This document shows positions 21,654-32,576 of a DNA stretch of 64,000 bases, in pieces. Source of the stretch: an uncultured delta proteobacterium (GTDB lineage: Bacteria > Desulfobacterota > Binatia > Bin18); contig CAVTCR010000056.1 of assembly GCA_963733195.1 (NCBI GenBank), positions 153,430 through 217,429 of the forward strand, given 5' to 3'. Below the pieces are notes generated by a model that saw nothing but the letters and a program-made list of their open reading frames with translations, searched no databases and was not told where the DNA came from. A program made the position numbers and the translations under genes. The stretch's first letter is position 1. Each line of letters opens with the position of its first letter.

Positions 21654-22777
21654 GCTTCTTCCTCAATCACTGCTGGCGGTGCAACGTTGGTCGCAGCCAA
21701 CTCGTCCTCCAGCAATTGTCGCAGTAGCCGATCGTGAACGTCTTTGTTGTCCCAAAATAGCATCGCCAGCGAAAAATCACGCGACGTGAGTTGCTGGCGC
21801 ATCTGAATGGCGAAATCTTTGCGCGACAACATTCGATGCCGATCGACTTCCTTCCGCACTGTAGAGGTATGCTCTCCGACGGTCTGCACGGCACGGAAAA
21901 ATCCGGTGATGAACGGCAACGCCCACATAATAGTTTCTTCGTCGAACTGACGAATCAGTGAATCCACAAATACTGGTTGTGACGGGCGACCTGCTTGAAA
22001 CCACATGTCGATGAGCCGGCTCGTGCTCATGCGGTACTTAAACGCGTGCTTAGCGATGTACGAGACGCATTTCACCTTGACGAGGGTTTGCTCGTCATGA
22101 ATGCGAATGACATAGCCTTCTTTTTCCGTGTCCGATGCGAGCGTGGCATAGAGGTCGGTCCATCCGCTCTCATTCAAGAGAAAGAACTCGACCAACTGGA
22201 TTCCGGTGTGTGCCGCTATGTCCTGGAGTTCGATCATCCGCAGGTAGCGTAACTCGCGATGATGAATACCACCGACCAAAAAGAGGTCAGTATGTGCATA
22301 CTTCAGAATAATCACATTTGACGGGCTCACCCACTCAAACAACAGACTCGTATTCGGGAGATAGGCGGGGTCTAACAGCTGGGGATAACGGCGTGTGCAT
22401 TCGTCGATTTCGTGGGCGTTATCCTGATGCTGATAGCTAAACGCGCCACGCGTCCGTAATAACACCTGCCCCTGATGAACAGAACGGACCAGTAAACTTC
22501 CGTCCAGTTTGACCGTGGCAACGGCATCACCACGGACACAGGCATTGACGATGTCGGCAGCATCGACGCGTAATCCGTCTGGACCCTGGCCAAGGTTCAT
22601 AAACTTTTTGAAGCCTTGGGAGACGGTTTCGCCTGCCACTGTTTCCAGGCGTGACCGATAGTGAATATTCTCCAGTGTCCAGACGTGATCGGCGAAAACC
22701 GTGGCGGCTTTCGGCGTAATCAGCCGTAACCCATCACGCTCTTGGATGAAGAAGTGTTCGGGATCAAGATGTGGCAC
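21650..22777 (-). CDS. T4 Rnl1/RnlA-like ATP-dependent RNA ligase
   Basis: FKKFMNLG, motif I KLDGSL, FEWVSPSNVII, motif IV EGYVI, motif V VKVK..Y. Confidence 0.8.
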   Translation of the reverse strand: MPHLDPEHFFIQERDGLRLITPKAATVFADHVWTLENIHYRSRLETVAGETVSQGFKKFMNLGQGPDGLRVDAADIVNACVRGDAVATVKLDGSLLVRSVHQGQVLLRTRGAFSYQHQDNAHEIDECTRRYPQLLDPAYLPNTSLLFEWVSPSNVIILKYAHTDLFLVGGIHHRELRYLRMIELQDIAAHTGIQLVEFFLLNESGWTDLYATLASDTEKEGYVIRIHDEQTLVKVKCVSYIAKHAFKYRMSTSRLIDMWFQAGRPSQPVFVDSLIRQFDEETIMWALPFITGFFRAVQTVGEHTSTVRKEVDRHRMLSRKDFAIQMRQQLTSRDFSLAMLFWDNKDVHDRLLRQLLEDELAATNVAPPAVIEEEA

Positions 22778-22845
22778 AGAGGATATAGTAAAGGAGGAGA
22801 GGGACTACAGGCAATGAGAGGTTCTCCCCTTTGTGGTACTCGACC

Positions 22846-24060
22846 TCAAACGATTTCTTTTTCATTGACCCACCGTAAGGTGATGAGCCCGATCACGCCG
22901 ATCACGGTCAGAACAAGCCACGAGGAACGGTAACTTCCCGTTACATCAGCAAGCAAGCCGAACAGCGGTGGGGCCAATAGCGTTGCCGGCATAGATAGGC
23001 CTTGGACCAGGGAGATGGCGGTGCCCGCAGACTCTGCGCCGACCGTTTCAATGACTAATGTCCCGAGAATCCCTGTCCACGCAAAAGCTGAAATGCCGAA
23101 AAGCACTGCAAGAACTCCGACCAACCACAGTGGCGTGTGCGATGGGATGAGTGCCGCGCCTAACGTACTGCAAACAGTAAGTGCGATAATGATAACCAAC
23201 ACGGGATGCCGTTTGCCCTGAAACTGTCGGTCGCTAACTAACCCCCAACCGATCCGTGCGACCATTGCTGCGACATTGACGACAACGAAAAGCGCCCCTG
23301 CGATCACTACAGAAGCGCCAAAAGCCTCATGCAAAAAGAGCACGAAGTACGTCGTCGCGGCCATTTGGGTGAACACCTGACAATTGAAGATCAGAGCTAA
23401 TAGCAAGAGCTGTCGGTCGCGCATGAGGTCGCGAAACGAACGCATCGCTGTTGTTCCTATCGCTTGCTTGCGTGGCGGATCAAAGTAGGCGACGATAATC
23501 AATATCGCACCAATAACGGAGAGCAACCCACCTGCGAGATACACTGAGCGCCAACCGTAATGCAAGGCAAGCAGTGGTGCGACGCCGGCGGCAAGCATCC
23601 CACCGATCGGTACGCCAGTCTGACGAATGCCCATAGCAAATCCACGCTGGGATTGCGGGAACCAACGCATCACCGCAGCACTACCGGCAGGATTCTGCAT
23701 GCCGTTGCCTAGCCCTAGTGCTAGGCAGCCAAGCACTAGACTCCAGAACCCACTGCTCCACGAAACCGCTAGTGCCGCGAGAGCACCCAGGACTCCTGAG
23801 AGAATCAACACCTGCCTCTCACCTACACGATCCGCGGCTCGTCCCCCGAACAGAGCCGAAGGAGCAGCGGTAAGAAACACGGCTGTAGAAACCAAGCCGA
23901 CTTCAGCGCGGCTGATGTGTAGATCATCTTGTAAAAAGGGAGCGAGCGGTCCGAACGCTGAAGCGAGGATATTGGCTGCCGCTTGTCCCAACGTTGTCAT
24001 GCCGAGCGCGTACCAACGGTAGCGCTCAGCGGCCAATAAAGAAGTACGATAAGAAAACAC
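22846..24060 (-). CDS. MFS transporter
   Basis: About 12 hydrophobic helices; motif A GRAADRVGER; WFP..RG.AMG. Confidence 0.92.
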   Translation of the reverse strand: MFSYRTSLLAAERYRWYALGMTTLGQAAANILASAFGPLAPFLQDDLHISRAEVGLVSTAVFLTAAPSALFGGRAADRVGERQVLILSGVLGALAALAVSWSSGFWSLVLGCLALGLGNGMQNPAGSAAVMRWFPQSQRGFAMGIRQTGVPIGGMLAAGVAPLLALHYGWRSVYLAGGLLSVIGAILIIVAYFDPPRKQAIGTTAMRSFRDLMRDRQLLLLALIFNCQVFTQMAATTYFVLFLHEAFGASVVIAGALFVVVNVAAMVARIGWGLVSDRQFQGKRHPVLVIIIALTVCSTLGAALIPSHTPLWLVGVLAVLFGISAFAWTGILGTLVIETVGAESAGTAISLVQGLSMPATLLAPPLFGLLADVTGSYRSSWLVLTVIGVIGLITLRWVNEKEIV

Positions 24061-24178
24061 CGCATGTGTGTAGCAAGAACTACCGCACCTATAAACGGCA
24101 TGAAGAATATTCCGTCGGTTGCGGTGGACTTGAGACTGTTTACGAATCGCGGTACCTGTTACAAAGCGTGAGGAGACG

Positions 24179-25240
24179 ATGATGGCCCTTGCAAATACAC
24201 CGCTGCAGTCTGCAACGTATGAACTTGCTGATGCACTCGATGTGAACGAGCTGTATCAACAAAAAGGCTGGACCGACGGTCTGCCAATCGTTCCGCCGAC
24301 GGAAGAACGAGTACATGAATTTCTCACTACTGCTCAACTTGAACCGGGAGATGTCGTTGGCATAGAGTCCGTGCGTCAACGTCCGATCACGGCAGAAAAA
24401 GTCGCGATTAACGCGGTCATGGCGGGGTGCCTGCCGACCTTCATGCCGGTAATTGTGGCGGTGTTGCGGGCCATGTGTGACGAAGAGTTTAATCTCCATG
24501 GCAGCACGGCTAGTACAGGGGGTAGCGCACCACTTATTATTGTCAACGGGCCTATCCGCACCGCGCTGGGAATGAACACGACGCATAATGCACTTGCCAA
24601 TGGCAGCCGGGCGAATGCTACGATCGGACGTGCGATTCGCTTGCTCCTTATCAACGTGCTCGGCTGCATTCCTGGCCAGCTTGATCGCTCTACTCTCGGA
24701 CATCCAGGGAAATTCACTTTTTGTATCGCTGAAGATGAAGAAGACAGTCCATGGATTCCACTGGCGCAAGAACGTGGTGTACCAAGCGGTACCTCCGGCG
24801 TTACAGTGATGGCCTGTGAATCACCCCATCAAGTGATGAACGAGTGGACCAAAGATCCAGAAGAGATTATGGAGACGTTTGCGGCGGAGATTCGTCACAA
24901 TATGTTGACCTATTCGATCTGGGCAGGGAACTATGCGATTGTGATTCCCAAGCAGTTGCGTGAATTGTTGGTTGCCGCCGGCTGGCAAAAGAAGAATATT
25001 CGCGAGTATGTATTCCAATCTGCTCGCGTGCTGCGGAAGGAGTGGGCGACAGTCGGGAAGAAGAATATCGTCGAACGCGGCAAAGGTCCTGAGCAAGAGT
25101 TTACTGCACTGCGCTCACCGGACGATCTCTTAGTTATTGCTGCAGGTGGTTCGGCTGGAGGGTTTGGTGCGGTGATCCCACCTTGGCTTGGGACGTGGTC
25201 GCATGCGGTTACAAGGGCGGTGAGAAGGCCTGAGGACTGA
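24179..25240 (+). CDS. Conserved partner protein of UGSC (seleno)proteins, function unknown
   Basis: GWTDGLPIVPPTEERV, EKVAINAVMAGC, NATIGRA, STLGHPGK, AEDEEDSPW; adjacent to the UGSC gene. Confidence 0.8.
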   Translation: MMALANTPLQSATYELADALDVNELYQQKGWTDGLPIVPPTEERVHEFLTTAQLEPGDVVGIESVRQRPITAEKVAINAVMAGCLPTFMPVIVAVLRAMCDEEFNLHGSTASTGGSAPLIIVNGPIRTALGMNTTHNALANGSRANATIGRAIRLLLINVLGCIPGQLDRSTLGHPGKFTFCIAEDEEDSPWIPLAQERGVPSGTSGVTVMACESPHQVMNEWTKDPEEIMETFAAEIRHNMLTYSIWAGNYAIVIPKQLRELLVAAGWQKKNIREYVFQSARVLRKEWATVGKKNIVERGKGPEQEFTALRSPDDLLVIAAGGSAGGFGAVIPPWLGTWSHAVTRAVRRPED

Positions 25241-25391
25241 GTGATGAGTGATGAGAAAGGCTTTAGGCTAAAGGGTAAAATCAGAGCGACTAGTTTCGGT
25301 CTTCTTCAATTTGGCCTTTAGTTTTTTTGTTGACCCTATAGCCTTCAGCCTATAGCCTTTTTCGCTGACTACTTTTGTGTGAGGTTTTCTT

Positions 25392-25916
25392 ATGGGCATT
25401 CGCGTTCTTGACCCGACGTTTGAAGAATCAACAACGACCAACGCAACCGTGACGGGCTTGAAGTCTCTTGCTGGCTGCACGGTTGGATTGCTCGACAACA
25501 GCAAGATCAAAGTCAAAGAGATTCTTGACTATGCTGAAGAGCTATTGCGGACCCAGCACGGTGTCAAACAGGTTGTTCGTCTCAAGAAGCCCGATGCCAG
25601 CCGACCGGCACCGCCAGAGGTCTTCGCTCAGCTCGCGGCCTGTGATGCGTTCATCTCTGCGGTGGGTGATTGAGGGAGCTGTTCGTCGTGCAGTTTGCAC
25701 GATGCACTTTCTGCGGAGAAGCTCGGAGTGACCGCTACTGCGATTATCACTGACCGTTTCTCGCAAACTGCCCAAGTGATGGCGCAGGTATCCGGGTTCC
25801 CGCAATATCGCTTTGCGGTGATTCCCCACCCGATCAGCAACAACAGTGATGACGTTCTCCGCGCAAAGGCTGAGGCTGCCGTGCAGCAATGTGTGGAGAT
25901 TCTGCTCAGTCACTGA
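25392..25916 (+). CDS. UGSC-family selenoprotein (Sec at TGA 25671-25673), about 174 aa
   Basis: ORFs 25392-25673 and 25695-25916 share a frame; read-through gives AVGD-U-GSCSSCSLHD; LLDNSK and VIPHP family motifs lie on either side. Confidence 0.88.
25674..25702 (+). promoter_or_regulatory. Putative bacterial SECIS hairpin
   Basis: TCGTGCA-GTT-TGCACGA stem-loop; the loop starts with G, 19 nt after the UGA. Confidence 0.65.
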
Positions 25917-25949
25917 AATCTTTTGGAAAACTTATTTCAAGACGAGAAA

Positions 25950-26044
25950 CTGGATTCCTGCTGTTGCGAGGAATGAGCTGGAAATGGGAGGCACATCGTC
26001 ATGCCCGCCCTTCGACAAGCCCAGGATAAACTGTGGCGGGTATC
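25950..26044. repeat. REP-like element pair with nested CCCTTCGACAAGCCCAGGATAAACT
   Basis: CTGGATTCCTGC..GGAATGA arm and GTCATGCCCG[insert 26008-26032]GTGGCGGGTATC arm. Confidence 0.7.
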
Positions 26045-26092
26045 AAGCTTGCTGAATGCTGACAACTGAGTGCTGAATACTTTCGCTCACGT

Positions 26093-26121
26093 TTGACCGC
26101 TTCTGGGAAATCCACTATACC
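26093..26121 (+). promoter_or_regulatory. Putative sigma70 promoter of the alaC-hom-thrC operon
   Basis: TTGACC - 17 nt - TATACC. Confidence 0.5.
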
Positions 26122-26194
26122 CTAAGAATACCCTACACGTCTGTGCTCGCCCTGTTGAAAGTGTAGAGACGAGAGGAGCTTACAGGTAAAAGTT

Positions 26195-27400
26195 ATGGAT
26201 TTCCCACGCATTAAACGACTTCCCCCGTATTTATTTGCCCAACTCGATAAGATGAAGATCGAGGCACGGCGAGCAGGGGAAGATATTATCGACTTCGGCA
26301 TGGGAAACCCTGACCATGCCTCTCCTCCCCATGTGGTAGAAAAGCTGATTGAGGCAGCGAAGAAGCCGCAAAACCACCGCTATTCGACCTCCCGTGGTAT
26401 CCATAAACTGCGGCTGGCGATCTGTAATTGGTACAAGCACCGCTTTGGTGTGGAACTCGACCCTGAGAGTGAAGCGGTTGTCACTATTGGTTCCAAAGAA
26501 GGGCTGTCTCATCTTGCCTTGGCGATGCTTGGTCCTGGTGATGTGGCGATCTGTCCGAGCCCGACGTATCCGATCCATCAATACTCCATTGTCATTGCCA
26601 ATGCTGATCTGCGTGTAGTTCCCCTTGTGCTGGGCTCTGATTTCTTTGCGTCGTTAGAAGAAACCGTGCGTCAGTGCTGGCCGCGACCCAAACTCTTGTT
26701 GATGAGCTTCCCGCACAATCCGACGACCGCGGTTGTTGATCTCGATTTCTTCCGTCGTGTGGTCGATTTCGCCAAAGAGAACAATCTGTTTGTCATTCAC
26801 GATTTCGCCTATGCTGATTTATACTTCGATGGCTACCAGCCACCGAGCTTCCTACAGGTGCCAGGAGCAAAAGATATCGGTGTTGAGTTTTTTACCTTGT
26901 CGAAATCCTATGACATGCCAGGCTGGCGCGTCGGTTTTGTCTGCGGTAACCCCGAGGCTCTAGGCGCACTGTCGCGACTGAAAAGTTACTTTGACTATGG
27001 GATTTTCCAGCCGGTGCAAATTGCCGCCATCCATGCACTCAATGGTCCGCAAGAGTATGTCGAATCTGTGCGACAACGCTACCGCCGTCGGCGCGATGTC
27101 TTGATTGACGGGTTGGATCGGGTTGGCTGGCATATCCCAAAACCTAAAGGCACGATGTTCGTGTGGGCAGAAATTCCTGAGCAGTTTCGTCATCTCGGTT
27201 CGATGAAATTTGCTGAACTCCTTCTGACTGAGGCCAGGGTTTCGGTCTCTCCTGGGATCGGCTTTGGAGAATATGGGGATGATTTCGTCCGTTTCGCTTT
27301 GATTGAGAACGAACATCGGACGCGGCAAGCTGTGCGTGGTATTCGCAAAGTCATCGGCGGGATAGCAGTCCCTGAACTCAAGAAAGCTAGCGTAGGATAA
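26195..27400 (+). CDS. alaC: PLP-dependent class I aminotransferase, AlaC-like
   Basis: [51 protein letters not shown]; upstream of hom. Confidence 0.8.
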   Translation: MDFPRIKRLPPYLFAQLDKMKIEARRAGEDIIDFGMGNPDHASPPHVVEKLIEAAKKPQNHRYSTSRGIHKLRLAICNWYKHRFGVELDPESEAVVTIGSKEGLSHLALAMLGPGDVAICPSPTYPIHQYSIVIANADLRVVPLVLGSDFFASLEETVRQCWPRPKLLLMSFPHNPTTAVVDLDFFRRVVDFAKENNLFVIHDFAYADLYFDGYQPPSFLQVPGAKDIGVEFFTLSKSYDMPGWRVGFVCGNPEALGALSRLKSYFDYGIFQPVQIAAIHALNGPQEYVESVRQRYRRRRDVLIDGLDRVGWHIPKPKGTMFVWAEIPEQFRHLGSMKFAELLLTEARVSVSPGIGFGEYGDDFVRFALIENEHRTRQAVRGIRKVIGGIAVPELKKASVG

Positions 27401-27402
27401 CG

Positions 27403-28722
27403 ATGCCAGCGAGAGAGGTGAAGCTCGGCGTAATCGGTCTTGGCACTGTAGGGAGCAGCCTCGTTCAACTTCTTGAGCGGAATGCTGCCGCTATTACGAA
27501 AAAGCTTAGGCGGTCGGTCCGCCTCGTTCACGTTGCCAGTCGCAGCCTCCATACAAAACCTCACCCAGATTTAGGAACAACCCGAATGAGCACTGACCCA
27601 TGGGCGGTGGTGCGAGACCCTGATGTTGATCTTGTTGTTGAACTGATGGGTGGTATCGACCCGACCCGGGCGTTGGTGCTCGAAGCAATCAAGCAGGGGA
27701 AAGATGTTGTTACTGCGAATAAAGCCCTGCTTGCCCTCCACGGATCAGAGGTGTTCGTTGCGGCTGAAGCCAAAGGCGTGTACCTCGGCTTTGAGGCGGC
27801 GGTCGCAGGTGGTATCCCCATTATTCGCACCTTGCGCGAGGGACTAGCTGCAGACCACAATCTCGCGCTCTTCGGCATCGTCAACGGAACCTGCAATTAC
27901 ATTTTGACAACGATGAGTGAGCGCGGTGAGGAATTTGTGACCGTGCTCCGTAGAGCGCAGGAACAGGGGCTGGCAGAAGCAGATCCTAGCTTTGATATCG
28001 ATGGGATTGACGCTGCTCACAAACTGACACTCTTAGCAACTTTAGCCTTTGGTGTTCGGGTGCCGTTTGACTCGGTGTATATCGAGGGAATTCGCCACAT
28101 CAGTCAGACCGATATCTCGTTTGCGCAGGAGTTCGGGTATGCAATCAAGCTCCTTGCCATTGCCAAAGACGAAGACGGTGCGGTCGATGTCCGCGTGCAT
28201 CCGACCATGATTCCACGAAGCAGTTTACTCGCGGGTGTTGGTGGAGCGTATAATGCGATCTTTGTTCAGGGTGAGGCTCTTGGGTCGTCATTGTATTTTG
28301 GTCGCGGGGCAGGGGGGATGCCCACTGCTTCGGCAGTGTTGGCGGACGTGATTGAAGTCGCTCACAACCGTACTGTTGCTAGTGGTGTACGAGTACCACC
28401 GTTAGGATATGCATGGAAAGACCTCCGCTCGACGTCCTTCCGGCCTATTGATGATTTGGTGAGTGAATATTATTTGCGCTTTATGGCTGTCGATCGGCCT
28501 GGAGTGCTAGCCAAGATCGCTGGTATTCTAGGAGAACAGAACATTAGTATTGCCGCGGTTATCCAACAAGATAGAGGCAAGGGGGATGAATCTGTCCCGT
28601 TGGTGATGCGCACGCATGCTGCCCGAGAGCGGAACCTGAAGGTGGCGTTGAGCCTGGTTGACGAATTGGCCATTGTTCAAGGAAAATCAGTTTCAATCCG
28701 TATTGAAGAGAATCTAGGATAA
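27403..28722 (+). CDS. hom: Homoserine dehydrogenase with ACT domain
   Basis: [37 protein letters not shown]. Confidence 0.96.
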   Translation: MPAREVKLGVIGLGTVGSSLVQLLERNAAAITKKLRRSVRLVHVASRSLHTKPHPDLGTTRMSTDPWAVVRDPDVDLVVELMGGIDPTRALVLEAIKQGKDVVTANKALLALHGSEVFVAAEAKGVYLGFEAAVAGGIPIIRTLREGLAADHNLALFGIVNGTCNYILTTMSERGEEFVTVLRRAQEQGLAEADPSFDIDGIDAAHKLTLLATLAFGVRVPFDSVYIEGIRHISQTDISFAQEFGYAIKLLAIAKDEDGAVDVRVHPTMIPRSSLLAGVGGAYNAIFVQGEALGSSLYFGRGAGGMPTASAVLADVIEVAHNRTVASGVRVPPLGYAWKDLRSTSFRPIDDLVSEYYLRFMAVDRPGVLAKIAGILGEQNISIAAVIQQDRGKGDESVPLVMRTHAARERNLKVALSLVDELAIVQGKSVSIRIEENLG

Positions 28723-28807
28723 GACCGAAGAAATTACAGCCTCATATGGCCCTCATCTTAACCCTCTCCTGTGCAATGGGAGAGGGAACAGAAACGCGAA
28801 CAAGACG

Positions 28808-30199
28808 ATGACAGATATCGCATTTTCTGAACGAACGCTTATCCCTTCGGCGGTCCCGCAATTCCGTGCTTGGTTTGCTTGTGCTGCGGGCTGTAGTGGT
28901 GAGTTATCAATTAATCAAATCATCTACTACTGCCCGAAGTGTGGCAGTCTGTTGGATGTCCACCACGATCTTACTGCGTTGCAGACGCGCTCACCACAGG
29001 AATGGAAAAAACTCTTTGACGATCGCTACTGTCGCACTGCTTATCCCTATGGCAGTGGCGTGTGGGGCAAGAAAGAAATGGTGTGCCCGTCAGTCGAAGA
29101 TCACAACGTAGTTTCGATGTGCGAAGGAGCCACCAACCTCTTTTGGGCGGAACGTCTCGGCAAGCAAATCGGCCTCGAAGATCTGTGGGTCAAACAGTGC
29201 GGGAACTCGCATACTGGCTCGTTCAAAGACCTTGGCATGACCGTGTTGGTATCAATGGTCAAGCAGATGATCTCCGAAGGAACACAGATCCCTGCGGTTG
29301 CGTGCGCCTCGACTGGGGATACCTCTGCGGCCCTGGCGGCATACTGTGCCGCCGCGAATATCCCTGCCATTGTCATCTTGCCGCGCAATAAAGTCTCTAC
29401 GGCCCAGCTCATCCAACCCATGGCCAACGGAGCGCTGACGCTATCACTCGATACTGACTTCGATGGTTGCATGCGCATTGTGCGCGAGCTGTGCACCAAA
29501 GAGAACCTCTACCTCGCCAATTCCATGAACAGTCTGCGACTGGAGGGACAGAAGACCATCTCGATTGAAATCGTGCAGCAATGTGATTGGGCAGTCCCTG
29601 ATGTTGTCATTGTTCCAGGCGGCAACCTCGGCAACATCTCTGCCATTGGGCGTGGGTTTCTGTTGATGCGCGATCTGGGCATGATTGATCGTTTACCGCG
29701 CTTGGTGTGTGCGCAAGCCGCTCACGCAAACCCTCTGTACCGCAGTTTTCTGTCCAAATTCGAAAAGTATAAGCCGATTCGGGCACGAAAAACGTTGGCC
29801 TCGGCAATCCAGATCGGCGATCCGGTCAGTATCCATCGAGCGGTGTCCACCTTAAAATCCTTCGACAGTGTGGTTGAACAAGCAAGTGAAGAAGAATTAG
29901 CTGATGCGTCTGCCCTCGCCGATCGGACCGGCCTTTTCAATTGTCCACATACTGGCGTGGCCTTGGCCGTGCTCTTTAAGTTGTTAGAACGGAAATGGAT
30001 TCAGTGGCATGAGAAAGTCGTGGTGATTTCGACCGCGCATGGACTGAAATTTACCGATTTCAAGCGTCGCTACCACGAAGGCAAACTACCAGGGCTCGCG
30101 TCTCGACACGCGAACCGCCCAGTTGAATTGCCTGCGGACTATGGAAAAGCCCGTGATGCGATTTTTCGAGCGTTGGAACAATATAGGACTGAGCTATGA
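28808..30199 (+). CDS. thrC: Threonine synthase
   Basis: [42 protein letters not shown]. Confidence 0.95.
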   Translation: MTDIAFSERTLIPSAVPQFRAWFACAAGCSGELSINQIIYYCPKCGSLLDVHHDLTALQTRSPQEWKKLFDDRYCRTAYPYGSGVWGKKEMVCPSVEDHNVVSMCEGATNLFWAERLGKQIGLEDLWVKQCGNSHTGSFKDLGMTVLVSMVKQMISEGTQIPAVACASTGDTSAALAAYCAAANIPAIVILPRNKVSTAQLIQPMANGALTLSLDTDFDGCMRIVRELCTKENLYLANSMNSLRLEGQKTISIEIVQQCDWAVPDVVIVPGGNLGNISAIGRGFLLMRDLGMIDRLPRLVCAQAAHANPLYRSFLSKFEKYKPIRARKTLASAIQIGDPVSIHRAVSTLKSFDSVVEQASEEELADASALADRTGLFNCPHTGVALAVLFKLLERKWIQWHEKVVVISTAHGLKFTDFKRRYHEGKLPGLASRHANRPVELPADYGKARDAIFRALEQYRTEL

Positions 30200-30371
30200 G
30201 GACTGAGGCAGGGTGACAGAAGGGAAAAAGGCGAAATGGCGAAGAGGGGAAACGGGAGAATTTAGGATTTCTTCTTCGCCTTCCCGTTTCTCCATTCCCC
30301 CTTTTCAGCCCTCTTTGTTGAGTTAGGTACGGCTTGTGGGGAATTGACGGGAACTAACTGGAGGAACAAAC

Positions 30372-31595
30372 ATGAAGTACGTAGTACTCCAAGGTGACGG
30401 CATGGCTGACTGGCCAATTGCCGAGCTGGGAAATAAGACTCCACTCGAGTATGCCCGGACACCCAACATGGATCGTATCGCCTCACTCGGAGTGTTGGGT
30501 CTGACGCATACGATTCCCGATGGCTACCCATCAGGAAGTGATGTCGGGACGATGAGTCTCTTAGGGTATGATCCTCGGCGGTATCATACTGGGCGCTCGC
30601 CAATCGAGGCCGCCAGTATGGGTGTTGAGCTGAGTCCCACCGACATCGCCTTCCGCTGCAACCTGGTCACACTCGGAACTGGTACCAACGGCGAAGAAAC
30701 GATGGTCGATTTTTCCTCTGGCCATATTACCAGCGAGGAAGCCGCAGAGTTGATCCACACAGTCAATGCGGAATTGGGCAAGGAAGACATCTCCTTCTAT
30801 CCGGGAGTGAGTTATCGTCATCTTATGGTTTGGCATGGTGGTAAAGAGAAGATGCAAACCACGCCACCGCATGACATCACCGACCAACCGACTGCAGGTC
30901 ACTTTCCGGCTGGTGAGGGAAGCGAGCGTTTGCTCGATCTTATGCTGCGCTCGCGCGAGATTCTGGCTGCTCATCCTGTAAACAGGAAACGCCAACAGAA
31001 TGGTCACAAACCTGCCTCTTCGATTTGGTTGTGGGGACAAGGGCGACGTCCGGCAGTACCAACGATTAAGGAACGCTTTGGCTGTGACGGCTCGGTGATT
31101 TCTGCGGTTGATCTGGTGCGTGGCATTGGTGTGCTGGCGGGATTAGAGGTGATTCTCGTTCCTGGTGCGACAGGATTTCTTGATACGAACTACTTGGGCA
31201 AGGCTGAGTATGGTCTCGCGGAATTGCGCAAAAAGGATTTCCTCTTCTTACATGTCGAAGCAACTGATGAAGCTGGGCATATGGGAGCACCAGATAAGAA
31301 GGTCCAAGCGCTTGAGGATTTTGATCAGAAAGTCGTCGGGACGATTCTCGACGGATTGCGCGAGTTTCCTGAATGGCGCGTGTTGGTGATGCCTGATCAT
31401 GCAACACCGTGTGCGATTAAAACTCATTCATCTGATCCAGTTCCCTTCGCCATTCTCTCCTCGGAAGATATGAAACGAGGAGTGCAGAAACCGGTGAGTT
31501 ATAACGAAACAAGTGCCAAAGGGACCGGGGTTGTTGTCTCTGAAGCCTGGCGGATTCTCGAACATTTCGTTCGTGGCGAGACTGTTTCTGCCTAA
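30372..31595 (+). CDS. apgM: ApgM-type cofactor-independent phosphoglycerate mutase / proposed homoserine kinase-like
   Basis: GDGMAD, KTPL, GSDV, HVEATDEAGH, PDHATP, HSSDPVP. Confidence 0.88.
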   Translation: MKYVVLQGDGMADWPIAELGNKTPLEYARTPNMDRIASLGVLGLTHTIPDGYPSGSDVGTMSLLGYDPRRYHTGRSPIEAASMGVELSPTDIAFRCNLVTLGTGTNGEETMVDFSSGHITSEEAAELIHTVNAELGKEDISFYPGVSYRHLMVWHGGKEKMQTTPPHDITDQPTAGHFPAGEGSERLLDLMLRSREILAAHPVNRKRQQNGHKPASSIWLWGQGRRPAVPTIKERFGCDGSVISAVDLVRGIGVLAGLEVILVPGATGFLDTNYLGKAEYGLAELRKKDFLFLHVEATDEAGHMGAPDKKVQALEDFDQKVVGTILDGLREFPEWRVLVMPDHATPCAIKTHSSDPVPFAILSSEDMKRGVQKPVSYNETSAKGTGVVVSEAWRILEHFVRGETVSA

Positions 31596-31618
31596 GAACG
31601 ATACGGAGGGCGCAGCGT

Positions 31619-32575
31619 ATGGACCGCAATTTAGCTCTGGAAGTGGTGCGTGTTACCGAGGCTGCGGCGTTAGCTTCTGCGGAATTGATGGGACGAGGAG
31701 ATGAAGCCGCAACTGACGAAGCCGCTGCGGAAGCAATGCACAAATTGTTTCCTGATGTTGAATTTAACGGACGAATTGTCATTGGTGAAGGCGAGTCCGA
31801 GTCAATTCCTATGCTCTATATCGGCGAAACGGTAGGAACAGGGAAGGGGCCAGAGATTGAAGTCGCGCTCGATGCACTCGAAGGTGCGACCTCCTGTGCG
31901 ACTGGGGGGCCGAATACGATCTCGGTGGTAGCGATTGCTGAACATGGCGGATTTCTCCGCTGCCCGCAGCACGTGTACATGGAAAAGATCGCCGTCGGGC
32001 CGGTGGGGAAGGGAGTTATTAATCTCGATAAACCAGTGAAAGAGAACCTTGCGGCATTGGCAGAGGCCAAAGGCGTTCGGGTCGAGACCTTGACCGTTGT
32101 GATTCTCGATCGCCCCCGGCATGAGCAGCTCATCACTGAGTTGCGTCACATCGGTGTGCGGGTCAAACTGATTAGCGATGGCGATCTCTCTGCGGCATTG
32201 GCCACCACGCGTGAAGACACAGGCATCGATATGCTTGTCGGAACAGGAGGCGCAGCGCAGGGAATTATGGCGGCTGCCGCGGTGTATTGTTTAGGCGGAG
32301 AGATTCAATGCCGTTTCCGACCTCGTAATCAGGAAGAAGCAGATCAACTGCGTCGTATGGAAATTTATGATTTTCACAAGAAGTATACGACCGAAGACAT
32401 GGTGAGTGGGAATGTCATGTTTGCCGCGACCGGCGTAACCACCGGTGAGTATCTGAAAGGTGTACGGTTCTTTCGTGGTGGTGCGGCGACGAATTCAGTG
32501 GTGATGCGTTCCAAGACCCACACCATCCGCTTTATGGAAACTTTCCATCATTTTGATGTGCATCCGGAGTATTGA
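31619..32575 (+). CDS. glpX: Class II fructose-1,6-bisphosphatase
   Basis: LEVVRVTEAAA, VIGEGE, YMEKIAVG, LDRPRH, FAATGVT. Confidence 0.93.
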   Translation: MDRNLALEVVRVTEAAALASAELMGRGDEAATDEAAAEAMHKLFPDVEFNGRIVIGEGESESIPMLYIGETVGTGKGPEIEVALDALEGATSCATGGPNTISVVAIAEHGGFLRCPQHVYMEKIAVGPVGKGVINLDKPVKENLAALAEAKGVRVETLTVVILDRPRHEQLITELRHIGVRVKLISDGDLSAALATTREDTGIDMLVGTGGAAQGIMAAAAVYCLGGEIQCRFRPRNQEEADQLRRMEIYDFHKKYTTEDMVSGNVMFAATGVTTGEYLKGVRFFRGGAATNSVVMRSKTHTIRFMETFHHFDVHPEY

Positions 32576-32576
32576 T

